Origin: Nostoc sp. DedSLP01 | GTDB lineage: Bacteria > Cyanobacteriota > Cyanobacteriia > Cyanobacteriales > Nostocaceae | Length of the DNA: 64,000 nt | Direction of reading: 5' to 3' | Assembly (NCBI GenBank): GCA_034530875.2 | Contig: JAVRCJ020000013.1 | Location: 96,001-160,000 of the forward strand | Shown: positions 55,102 through 64,000 of the stretch, piece after piece | Layout: the number at the start of each line of letters is the position of its first letter | How positions within the stretch are numbered: position 1 is the stretch's first letter | The notes under the pieces: generated by a model | What the model was told of the DNA's origin: nothing | Database searches by the model: none | The model's input: only the letters and a program-made list of their open reading frames with translations | Translations under genes and position numbers: made by a program

Positions 55102-55836
55102 TTATTTATTATGATTTAATAAATTTAATGTTTGCATAATTTTGGCATTTTCTGGAGTCAGCAATGTTTGTAAATGCTTGATTTCATTCAAAAGCATCAT
55201 TTCTCTGGCATACTCTTGTTGTAGGATACTCAAGTAGCGATCGCGCTCAACTTCTGATTGAGCTTTTTTTAGCATATAGATTGCCATATTAATATTTGAA
55301 AGTGGGTTACCTAAGTCCTGTAAAAGCTTTTGTAAAACCTCATTATAAGTTTGTGCTAGTTGTTGACTCTCTTGCAGTTTTTGTAAATTTACTTGTATCT
55401 CCTGCTTCAGGTTGGCATTTTTTTGATGCTCTTGTTCGTATTGCTTTTGAATTAAAATAGGTTTTTCTAACCGAGCCAATCTAACTTTAATAGCTTTCAG
55501 TAGTTCTTCTGGAGAGAAAGGTTTTGTCAGGTAATCATCGGCTCCTAATTCCATACCTTGGCGTAAGTCACCACGGTCTACTTTTGCAGTCAGAAAAATT
55601 ACTGGAATAGATTCAGTGACTGGATCTTGGCGTAAGGCCGTCAGCACAGCATAACCGTCAAGTTCTGGCATCATCACGTCACAACATATCAGGTCTGGTT
55701 TTTCTACTTTAGCCAGTTGTAATCCTTCTAAACCATTATTTGCAGTAATAGCATCAAAATCTGAGAGACTTAAAATCTGTTGAATATTTGAGCAAATTTG
55801 GGATTCATCTTCAATTACTAATATTTTTTTGTTCAT
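55102..55836 (-). CDS. Response regulator with coiled coil and degenerate HisKA-like tail
   Basis: ILVIED..DLICCD..KPF; C-terminal LQDLGNPLSNI. Confidence 0.9.
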   Translation of the reverse strand: MNKKILVIEDESQICSNIQQILSLSDFDAITANNGLEGLQLAKVEKPDLICCDVMMPELDGYAVLTALRQDPVTESIPVIFLTAKVDRGDLRQGMELGADDYLTKPFSPEELLKAIKVRLARLEKPILIQKQYEQEHQKNANLKQEIQVNLQKLQESQQLAQTYNEVLQKLLQDLGNPLSNINMAIYMLKKAQSEVERDRYLSILQQEYAREMMLLNEIKHLQTLLTPENAKIMQTLNLLNHNK

Positions 55837-55987
55837 TAGCTTATATAACTAGTAGTTTTTAGTTGGTAGTTCTGTTATGTCTCTAGAAAAGTTAATGGAA
55901 TCTTTCAACTTTACTATTTACTAAATAGGACCCGATGATTTATTGTTCCCCAAAATTATTTACTAATAACATATTAAATGGATAATT

Positions 55988-58900
55988 TTAAGCTACAGAT
56001 TTTTTGGTTACGAGAGGTAATTCCACTCTAAATGTCGTACCTGCTCCGAACTGGCTAGCAAGACTAATTCTGCCTCTATGAAGGTCTATACACTTATTGA
56101 CTATTGCCAAGCCTAATCCAGTTCCTGGTGTATTCCCAACATTACTAGCTCGGTAGAATGGTTCAAATAACTTTTTTTGTTCTTCTGGTAAAATACCAAT
56201 ACCTTCATCTTGAATCAGAAAAACTGCACTTCCATCTTGAATTAACAAATTAATTTGAATATTATTACTATTTGGTGAATATTTCACAGCGTTAGACAGC
56301 AAATTACTTAATATTTGTCGTAAAAGTTTCTTGTCCATACAAGCTGTCAAGCGCTCGTTTGTTGATGAATTGCTCAAGCTCTGAAAAGAGAAGGCTAGAG
56401 TATGATTAGGAGAACTAAGTTGAATTTCTTCTACCAAAGATCGGCAAAAATCAATCAAATCAATATAAGCTGGTTCAAATGCTAATTTTCCAGCTTCAGC
56501 TTTATTAATTAGTAAAATATCATCTAAAAGTTGAGTAGTGTGTTGCACATAAGTCTGAATGCACTGGAGATGTTTGTGTTTTTGTTGTTCGTCTAGTTTA
56601 TCGCTAAAACTTTTTAATATTCCAGCAGACGAAGCAATCACTGCTAAAGGAGTTCGGAATTCGTGAGAAGTCATAGAAATGAAACGAGATTTTAACTCGC
56701 TGAGTTCTTTTTCTTTTGCTAAAGTTTTACGAATATTTTCCTCAGCTTGTTTGCGTTCGCGGATATCTTTAACTACTCCAATTATAGAAATCGGCTTTCC
56801 AATTGAATCTCTAATTAAAGAAACTGTGAGATTGACCCAGATTAAATTCCCATCTTTATGTAAATAGCGCTTTTCTAGAGAAAAGGTGTCTAATTCTCCA
56901 GCTATTAATATCTGTAATTTCTTTAAATGAACTTCTATATCTTCTGGATATGTAATATCTCGAAAATTTTTGTTCAATAGTTCTTCTTGGCTATAACCTA
57001 ACATTTCACACAGCTTCTGATTACCTTTGACAAAACGACCTTCTAAAGTTTCTAATTTAATTCCTACAGCTGCTTGATGAAAAATAGCCCTTAGTTCTGC
57101 CTCACTTTCTTGCAGTTCTAAAGTACGTTGCTGAACTCTATTTTCTAAATCTCGGTTAAGTTTTTGTAGAGCTTCTTGCGCTCGTTGTCGTTGTAATTCA
57201 GCAGATGCTCTGGCTGCAAATACTTTCAGGATTCCTTGAAACCTCTCGGGGTCAGGTATGGGTTTTTCATCTACTATGCATAGCGAACCAATCGAATTAC
57301 CAAAATTATCGCTCAAAATAACTCCCATAAAACTTTCGGCTTCCATTGCTGCCCATCTTTCAGCTTCAGGAAAGAGTTGGTGAATGCCGCAATCACAGTA
57401 GTAAAATCCTTGCTGGCGCAAAATTTCACAAGGCGTTGATTTGGGGTTATATGAAATATTAGGCTGTAATTGGTTATCAGACCAAAATCCTAAAGTATGA
57501 AGTTCGCTGTCTACGAACTCTGTGACGAAAGCCTCCCTAACATCTAAAGTCGAAGAAATGTGTTCGACTAATGCTGGAAAAAAGTCACGTCCAGTTATAG
57601 AAGCTGTACTTTCTATCAAACTTTGTAAGGCAATTTCAGCTTGTTTGCGTTTTGTAATATCAATTCCTACTGCAACAGTGGCTGTGTTTTGTTGATATTT
57701 TTGAGCTATGACTAAGTAATTATATATTTTTCCATTGATTTGGAGATCGATAACTCTAGAATCTGATAAATTTTGTCTAGCTAAAAATCCTCGCATAAAT
57801 TCTATAAATTGGGCGCTGTTTTCCATAAATCCCAATTCTTGACCGATAAAAGCATCCGTAGTCAAGTTAAAACTTTCAGCTAAATGGCGATTAACTCCTA
57901 AATAACGTCCATCAGAATTTACCCAAGAAACAAACCCAGGAACAGCATCCAAAACTGTTTGTAATTGCTCTTTTGCTTGTTGGAGATTTTTTTGGGATTG
58001 TTTGTATTCAGTGATGTCTTCGGAGATACATAACAAATATTCGGGTTGTTGGTCTTTGTCATACAGAGGAATTTTAGTTGTATGTAAAATTCTTCTACCA
58101 AAGCTAGGAGTGTCGATAAATTCTTCAGAAATATCTTGAGCTACGCCGCTAGCAAAAGCTGCTTGGTCTTGTTGTCGGAAATAGTCTGCTTGTTCTTTGG
58201 AAAAGAATTCATAATCTGTTTTGCCAATAGCCTCTTCGGCCGCGATACCAAATAGAGATTCGCTGCTATGATTCCAGAGTTTGAATTGTCCGAAATTTTG
58301 TGGTTTAGCATCTTTGACAAAGACTGCAACCGGAAGATTATTAATCATTGATTGGAGAAAGTTGCGAGTCTGCTGGAGTTCTTCTTGAGCTTTTCGACTC
58401 TCAGTAATATCTGTGCCCGTACAGATGATATACTCAACTTGGTTATTGCGATTCAGTAAAACTTTGTTTGACCAAGAGATTAAGCGGCGATCGCTATCTT
58501 TGGTAATTAAACAAGTTTCATAACTTTGAGGAAATTCTCTCTCTGCTAAATGTTGAAAAATAGCTTTGATACATTCTGTTTTTTCAGCTAATAGCAGTAC
58601 ATCCCAAACAAATTTTCCTTTAGCGATATCAAATGGATAACCCGTAGCTTGTTCGCAAGTATGATTGAAACGAACAATTCTTCCTTGACCATCTAATACA
58701 ACCACTAAAGCATCTGTGAGGTTAAAAATTGCGGAAATAAAATTACGTTCTAAGCGCAATTCTCCCTCAATTCGTCGGCGTTCTGCAAGTTTAACTCGGG
58801 CATAATTGTAGAGTCCTGCTTGTTGAATGGTAACTGCTAAAAGACTCTTAGGTGTTACTAATCCAATTACTTCCCCTTGCTCTCCAATAATAGGCAGATG

Positions 58901-59305
58901 GTAAATCCGATATTGCCTCAGCAGATTTAATGCAGTAAAAACATCTTTAAAATCTTCTATCTTCAGGGTGATTAACTCTCTGGTCATTACTTCAGCAACA
59001 GTGATACTGTCCAGACTCTTTTTTTGTGCTGTCAGTTTGATTAAGTCGCTTTGTGTAATTATTCCCACCAAGTGCGAGTTGTCTACCACTAGAACGCAAC
59101 TGTCAACTTGAGATGCAATGTTATCTATCTCTTGATTTGAGTTGTTCGCTAAATTATTATTTGTCAGTGGCAGGCCATTAAAATTCCCTTGCGTCTCATT
59201 GATGAGTGCGATCGCATCTGTCAGTAGAATCTCAGAGTTAACACTAAGAGGCTGACGGATGATAGTCAAGTGTAAATTATCAGGGCTGTGAGAGTTAAAA
59301 ACCAT
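55988..59305 (-). CDS. CBS-PAS-PAS-PAS-GAF-PAS histidine kinase
   Basis: CBS pair, repeated PAC DITxRK ends, GAF TPC, SHEFRTPL, NAVKY, DEGIG, GTGLGL. Confidence 0.92.
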   Translation of the reverse strand: MVFNSHSPDNLHLTIIRQPLSVNSEILLTDAIALINETQGNFNGLPLTNNNLANNSNQEIDNIASQVDSCVLVVDNSHLVGIITQSDLIKLTAQKKSLDSITVAEVMTRELITLKIEDFKDVFTALNLLRQYRIYHLPIIGEQGEVIGLVTPKSLLAVTIQQAGLYNYARVKLAERRRIEGELRLERNFISAIFNLTDALVVVLDGQGRIVRFNHTCEQATGYPFDIAKGKFVWDVLLLAEKTECIKAIFQHLAEREFPQSYETCLITKDSDRRLISWSNKVLLNRNNQVEYIICTGTDITESRKAQEELQQTRNFLQSMINNLPVAVFVKDAKPQNFGQFKLWNHSSESLFGIAAEEAIGKTDYEFFSKEQADYFRQQDQAAFASGVAQDISEEFIDTPSFGRRILHTTKIPLYDKDQQPEYLLCISEDITEYKQSQKNLQQAKEQLQTVLDAVPGFVSWVNSDGRYLGVNRHLAESFNLTTDAFIGQELGFMENSAQFIEFMRGFLARQNLSDSRVIDLQINGKIYNYLVIAQKYQQNTATVAVGIDITKRKQAEIALQSLIESTASITGRDFFPALVEHISSTLDVREAFVTEFVDSELHTLGFWSDNQLQPNISYNPKSTPCEILRQQGFYYCDCGIHQLFPEAERWAAMEAESFMGVILSDNFGNSIGSLCIVDEKPIPDPERFQGILKVFAARASAELQRQRAQEALQKLNRDLENRVQQRTLELQESEAELRAIFHQAAVGIKLETLEGRFVKGNQKLCEMLGYSQEELLNKNFRDITYPEDIEVHLKKLQILIAGELDTFSLEKRYLHKDGNLIWVNLTVSLIRDSIGKPISIIGVVKDIRERKQAEENIRKTLAKEKELSELKSRFISMTSHEFRTPLAVIASSAGILKSFSDKLDEQQKHKHLQCIQTYVQHTTQLLDDILLINKAEAGKLAFEPAYIDLIDFCRSLVEEIQLSSPNHTLAFSFQSLSNSSTNERLTACMDKKLLRQILSNLLSNAVKYSPNSNNIQINLLIQDGSAVFLIQDEGIGILPEEQKKLFEPFYRASNVGNTPGTGLGLAIVNKCIDLHRGRISLASQFGAGTTFRVELPLVTKKSVA

Positions 59306-59488
59306 TATGCAGATGCCTGAAAGAAAATAGTTTTAAAGAAGTAACAACCAGATTTTTACCTATAAATATCTAAAAATCCTCAGTATTTTCTATGATAAAA
59401 AATTCTTCATATTTGGTGTTGAAAGATTCAAATATAACAATTGCAGCAAAGTTGAGGATTTAAAGAAGGCAGTAGACAATTCTTGCTA

Positions 59489-59545
59489 GAGGCCGTTTTT
59501 GTAACGAAGATTTATACCCCATTCCAAAAAGTTTTCGCCTTAAAA
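59489..59545 (+). repeat. 57-bp direct repeat, copy 2
   Basis: 52/57 identical to 48544-48600. Confidence 0.85.
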
Positions 59546-59728
59546 GATGAGGTTTTAGACTTGATTGTTTCGATAAAATAACACGGTTTAGTTAAGCTGT
59601 TTTCCGTTGCTTCCCCTACTTCACAGATAAACTTCCTTAACTAAACCGTATTGAGACATCAACTGTTTGCCAAACGGGAACACCCAAAAGAATTTTAAGC
59701 CTGTGCTCTGCGTAAGAGCGATCGCACT

Positions 59729-60151
59729 TTAAAACATCAGGCTGTGTTTGTCATCCCAGCACTTATCATCATACCAATCTCTGCCGGTGTGTTCGCACTC
59801 CAACTTATCAGTAATCCAGGGAATAGATGTAGGATAAACATTAGAAGATGACATAAAAGAACTCATTGAAGAAAGAAGATAAAATATCAGCATAAAACTA
59901 GAGGTTGAGAGAATAATTAAAGCTCCTAAAGAAATCGTAGAATTCAGAGGAGTGAATAAAGGATTTGTAGGTTTTTGAGACTGTAATTTCTGTTGATTGC
60001 GACGTTCTATACCTGCTAAAGACATTATCTTAAAACTCCTAATTGTATTGAAAAGTTTGAGAAATACAGAATTCATAATCGAATTTTCTACTATTGGCAG
60101 ATGTCGATCGGGATTTAAGCCTGAATAAATTGAATATTTGGTGGTTTTCAA
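59729..60151 (-). CDS. Hypothetical single-TM protein with C-terminal Cys/Trp motif (start uncertain)
   Basis: TM segment then WITDKLECEHTGRDWYDDKCWD. Confidence 0.6.
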   Translation of the reverse strand: MKTTKYSIYSGLNPDRHLPIVENSIMNSVFLKLFNTIRSFKIMSLAGIERRNQQKLQSQKPTNPLFTPLNSTISLGALIILSTSSFMLIFYLLSSMSSFMSSSNVYPTSIPWITDKLECEHTGRDWYDDKCWDDKHSLMF

Positions 60152-60791
60152 TTAGTGGTGTATCTGAATCTGCCAGTAATTAATTATGAATTTTGAATGC
60201 TGCATTATTATTCAAAACATAAAGGATAGATGCTGATTTTAGCCCTGTTGTTGGATTTTGATTTTTCTCTCAATCCAAAATAATTTAGTAATGTTACAAG
60301 GTTTTATTTTATTTATAGTGCCTTGCGTTTACATAAATTTATTATTCCGGTTTTGTAGAAAAAAATAATCCAGGAAAAACAGGAAATTTTTGATTTATTT
60401 ATTTGAGAGAATTTACTTTGATAGTAATTTGGGATTTAATCAGAAATACTGAACCGCCACTCTGGGATTATCTGTAAGTTCGAGGAGATGTATAGCAGGA
60501 TGATACAGAAAACAACTAATTAACAAAACCTCAATAGCCATCTGGCTGATGATTAAAATCATTACAGCCCTTCTAAAACAAAGGTTCTGACAGTGTTGTT
60601 GTAACTGTTAGTAAATAAATTTGCACTTAGAAAATCTACTGAAAGCTTTCAGTCAGTCGTTCAGTACGATCGCGAAACTGATTTGTGCATACTACGCAAC
60701 AGAAAAGCGCAGTCAAAATTTAAGCTCTGTATCAATTTGGCTAAATTATTGAAAATCACACAGATTAACCTTTTTTTGGGAAGTATAAACA

Positions 60792-60923
60792 TACAGCAGG
60801 TTGCAACTAAATGAGGTACACAACTGGAAAATTAAATATAGAAATTCTTCTTCTACCTCCTGCCCCCTGCCTCCTGCCTCAGAACCAGTTAATTTGTACC
60901 TCATGCAAATCAAAACTGCTGTA
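60792..60923. repeat. TACAGC...GCTGTA inverted-repeat (MITE-like) element
   Basis: TACAGC-N14-TGAGGTACA ... TGTACCTCA-N14-GCTGTA. Confidence 0.7.
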
Positions 60924-61126
60924 AGTGAGGCATTTCGGCTGTTATACCAATTCACTAAAAGTTTGAAACAGATCCAAATTTAGAAACCCTTGTAAAATAA
61001 GGATTTCTTAATTTTGAATTTTGAATTGGTATTATGCCCTCATTTCGTTATCGAGGGTGGCCTCGGTTTTGATTATCAAGGCTAGAAAAATTTTTTGAAG
61101 CGCGATCGCATTTGTATTTTTAATTT

Positions 61127-64000
61127 ATGAGCCATCCTTCTTGCTTCACGATCCTAATAATTGACGATTGCGCTGAAGATCGCGAAGCATGTTGTCGCTT
61201 TTTACAGCAAGACAGCCTGTATACCTATCGCACTTTACAGTTTGAGTCGGCAACACAGGCAATGCAATGGTGTCAGCACGAGATTCCAGATATTATTTTG
61301 CTGGATTTTGTATTGTCTGATGGAGATGGGCTGAAGTTTATCGAGCAATTTCGGCAACGTCATGGCAATACTGAAACTGCTGTAATTCTACTGACAGCGC
61401 CAGGAAATGAAACTACTGCTGTCCGTGCCATCAAAAGTGGCATCCAGGATTATCTTGTCAAAGATCGGCTCACGGTTGAAGTTCTGCAAGGTGCAATTCA
61501 TCATGCCCTCGAACGGATGCATCTGACCCGACAGTTGGAACAAAGCCACGAACAACAACAACTAATTGCCACTATCGCCTTACGCATTCGTCAGTCTCTG
61601 CAACTAGAAGAAATTCTGCGTACCACAGCCACAGAAGTGCGGCAGTTTTTGAAAGCAGACCGAGTACTTGTCTATCAATTTCAGCCGGATATGAGTGGCA
61701 CGATTGTGGCGGAGTCGGTGCTTCCCGGTTGGACGGCGATTATAGGAAGGCAAATTTCCGACACCTACTTTCAACACAGAGGCTGGAGAGACTATGGCCA
61801 GGGAAAAAAACGAGCGATAGAGAATATTTATCAGGCTGAATTAAATACTTGTCACGTCCATCTCCTAGAACAATGGGAAGTTAAAGCCTATGTGGTAGTG
61901 CCTATTTTGGTTGCAAATCAGTTATGGGGATTATTAATTGCTCACCAATGTAGTGCATCCCGTCACTGGCAAGCAGTAGAACTGGAATTATTGGAGCAGC
62001 TGGGGGTGCAAATAGCGATCGCTATTCAACAAGCGAGTGCCTATCAGCAACTACAAGCAGAACTTGCAGAACGCCAACGCACACAAGCAGCCCTCAAAGC
62101 CAACAAAGAGAAACTCAAGCTCACTTTAAATTTTGCTGGTATTGGCTATTGGGAGTGGAACCCAGTTACTAATCGAATATTTGCCAGCCAGAATGCAATT
62201 CACTGTTTTTGCTCCCAGCAAAGTGATGTGGAGTTGAGTCTTGAGCAGTGGCTAACTCAGGTACATCCAAAAGACCGAGAATCGGTTGAGCAAGAACTCA
62301 AACAGGCGATCGCATCACAAACTGATTATGCTGTCGAATACCGAGCCACCTGTCAAGATGGCAGCATTCACTGGGTATCCGTAAAAGGACGCGGAGTTTA
62401 TGACGCAACCGGACAACTGCTGCAAATGTTGGGCGTATTGATGGACATTACAGAACGCAAACTCTCAGAAGAGCAACGGCGGCGGGCAGAGATGCTGGGA
62501 ATGGAATTACATTTTCTCGAGCAGATTCTCGAAGTCGGCCTAGCAGGTTACTGGGACTGGGATATTCCGGGCAAACAGCAGTATTTTAGCTCAACCTTCA
62601 AGCAGATGTTCGGCTATGAAGATGGGGAGTTAGTGAATATAACAGAAACTTGGCAAAGTCTGATTTTTCCAGAGGATTTACCAAGTATGTTGGAACTTTT
62701 CGAGCGACATGTTCAAAGTCGCGGAGAAATACCTTATTACAACGAAGTGAGATATCGGCATAAAGATGGGTCTACCGTTTGGGTAATTTGTTCGGGTCGC
62801 GTCATTGCCTGGGATGAAGATGGTAACCCCCTCCGCATGGTTGGTTGCCACATTGACATTACAAAACGCAAACAAACAGAAGCCCAGCTAATAGCCATCA
62901 ATAACTTGCAACAAGCGATTTTAGATGGCAGTGACTATGCAATTATTTTCAACAACTCAAATGGCATTCAAACCTTCAACACTGCGGCTCAAAAAATGTT
63001 GGGCTACACAGCAGACGAGGTGATTAATAAAGTCAGCCCAAGCACCTTTCACGACCCGGAAGAACTCAAACAACGAGCAGCAGCACTTTCATGGGAACTC
63101 GGTAGGGAAATCGCACCTGGTAGAGAATTTTTTACTACCGTGACTGAAGATGGAAGCACCTATGAAGACGAATGGGTGTACATTCGTAAAAATGGCTCTC
63201 GCTTTCCTGTATCGCTGTTAGTGAAAACCCTAAAGGATCTAGAAGGACACAACATCGGATTTTTGGGTATTGCCAAAGATATTACCCGACAAAAACAAAT
63301 AGAGACAGCCCTCAGAGACAGCGAACGCCGTTATGCAACTTTAACAGAAGCAGCTCCTGTGGGAATTCTCAGGCTTGATACTACTGGTCAATGCATCTAT
63401 GCCAATGATTGCTGGAGCAAGATTACAGGTAGACCGACACAGATGGCATTGGGAATGGGGTGGTTACAGGGTTTGCATCCAGAAGACCGCCATCGCCTGT
63501 TCAAGGAATGGTCTCAAGGGTTTTTAAAGATTTGCCAAGAAAGCAGGTATTTACATCCACATAATAGTGTCACTTGGTTTTACGTCCAGGTACTACCGGA
63601 AACCAACCGTTTTGGTATTGTTATTAGCTATATCTGTACCTTAACGGACATCACCGAACGCAAACAAGCAGAAGCAGCCTTACAGGAGAGCGAACACCGC
63701 TATGCAACATTAGCAAAAGCTGCTCCTGTTGCTATTTTCCGGTTTGACATGGTTGGTAACTGTGTTTATGTCAACGATTATTGGAGCGAACTCACGGGTA
63801 GACCAATAGAGGCAGCGATGGGGATGGGGTGGGTAGAAGCACTACATCCAGACGATCGCGATCGCATTGTTAAGGAATGGCATGAAGCAGACTTCGGGTC
63901 AAGAGAAATTTTTTGCAACGAGGGTAGGCATTTGCGCCCAGATAGCAGTATTAGCTGGTTTTACTGCCACATCCTACCCGAAACTAACACTAATGGTAAC
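61127..64000 (+). CDS. Receiver-GAF(cyanobacteriochrome)-multi-PAS sensor, probably a hybrid kinase (runs off the window)
   Basis: Manual translation from ATG 61127: ILIIDD..DIILLD receiver; ADRVLVYQF..DTYF...TCH..LWGLLIAHQC GAF; several PAS/PAC units; absent from the track because no stop occurs in the window. Confidence 0.9.
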   Translation, partial: MSHPSCFTILIIDDCAEDREACCRFLQQDSLYTYRTLQFESATQAMQWCQHEIPDIILLDFVLSDGDGLKFIEQFRQRHGNTETAVILLTAPGNETTAVRAIKSGIQDYLVKDRLTVEVLQGAIHHALERMHLTRQLEQSHEQQQLIATIALRIRQSLQLEEILRTTATEVRQFLKADRVLVYQFQPDMSGTIVAESVLPGWTAIIGRQISDTYFQHRGWRDYGQGKKRAIENIYQAELNTCHVHLLEQWEVKAYVVVPILVANQLWGLLIAHQCSASRHWQAVELELLEQLGVQIAIAIQQASAYQQLQAELAERQRTQAALKANKEKLKLTLNFAGIGYWEWNPVTNRIFASQNAIHCFCSQQSDVELSLEQWLTQVHPKDRESVEQELKQAIASQTDYAVEYRATCQDGSIHWVSVKGRGVYDATGQLLQMLGVLMDITERKLSEEQRRRAEMLGMELHFLEQILEVGLAGYWDWDIPGKQQYFSSTFKQMFGYEDGELVNITETWQSLIFPEDLPSMLELFERHVQSRGEIPYYNEVRYRHKDGSTVWVICSGRVIAWDEDGNPLRMVGCHIDITKRKQTEAQLIAINNLQQAILDGSDYAIIFNNSNGIQTFNTAAQKMLGYTADEVINKVSPSTFHDPEELKQRAAALSWELGREIAPGREFFTTVTEDGSTYEDEWVYIRKNGSRFPVSLLVKTLKDLEGHNIGFLGIAKDITRQKQIETALRDSERRYATLTEAAPVGILRLDTTGQCIYANDCWSKITGRPTQMALGMGWLQGLHPEDRHRLFKEWSQGFLKICQESRYLHPHNSVTWFYVQVLPETNRFGIVISYICTLTDITERKQAEAALQESEHRYATLAKAAPVAIFRFDMVGNCVYVNDYWSELTGRPIEAAMGMGWVEALHPDDRDRIVKEWHEADFGSREIFCNEGRHLRPDSSISWFYCHILPETNTNGN

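Larger units (their letters stand above)
36665..64000. mobile_element. nifD excision element (XisA-type), at least 27.3 kb, far end outside the window
   Basis: xisA next to the site; no second CGGAGTAATCC seen and no nifD 5'/nifH ORF before 64000. Confidence 0.78.

Overview
This is DNA from a heterocyst-forming cyanobacterium (Nostocales-type, with abundant HIP1 GCGATCGC octamers and 7-bp STRR repeats). It holds a contiguous H2-uptake/N2-fixation region. In order: hypDCF with five upstream accessory genes; hupS; hupL split by a 5,866-bp XisC excision element bounded by the 16-bp repeat CACAGCAGTTATATGG; a toxin-antitoxin/HNH-rich insertion hotspot; hupW; the distal nif cluster (fdxH, hesB, hesA, nifW, nifX, nifN, nifE, nifK); and the last ~50 codons of nifD, cut at the 11-bp site CGGAGTAATCC. 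From 36.7 kb to the window end lies the XisA (nifD) element, which is at least 27 kb because neither the partner site nor the 5' part of nifD appears. Its cargo includes a VapBC pair, an HTH-NB-ARC-TPR STAND protein, XisH/XisI, an RTX-like protein, a UbiA-fold enzyme with terpene-cyclase-type motifs and two-component genes including a cyanobacteriochrome hybrid sensor. The most promising undescribed items are: a twice-occurring small-helical-protein + HNH nuclease module, the STAND protein with a divergent small membrane gene and palindromic operator, defence-like cargo inside both excision elements, 11-bp tandem motifs at the element ends that resemble recombinase arm sites, and a three-level nested MITE/REP structure. 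All family assignments come from reading motifs by eye; no database searches were run.
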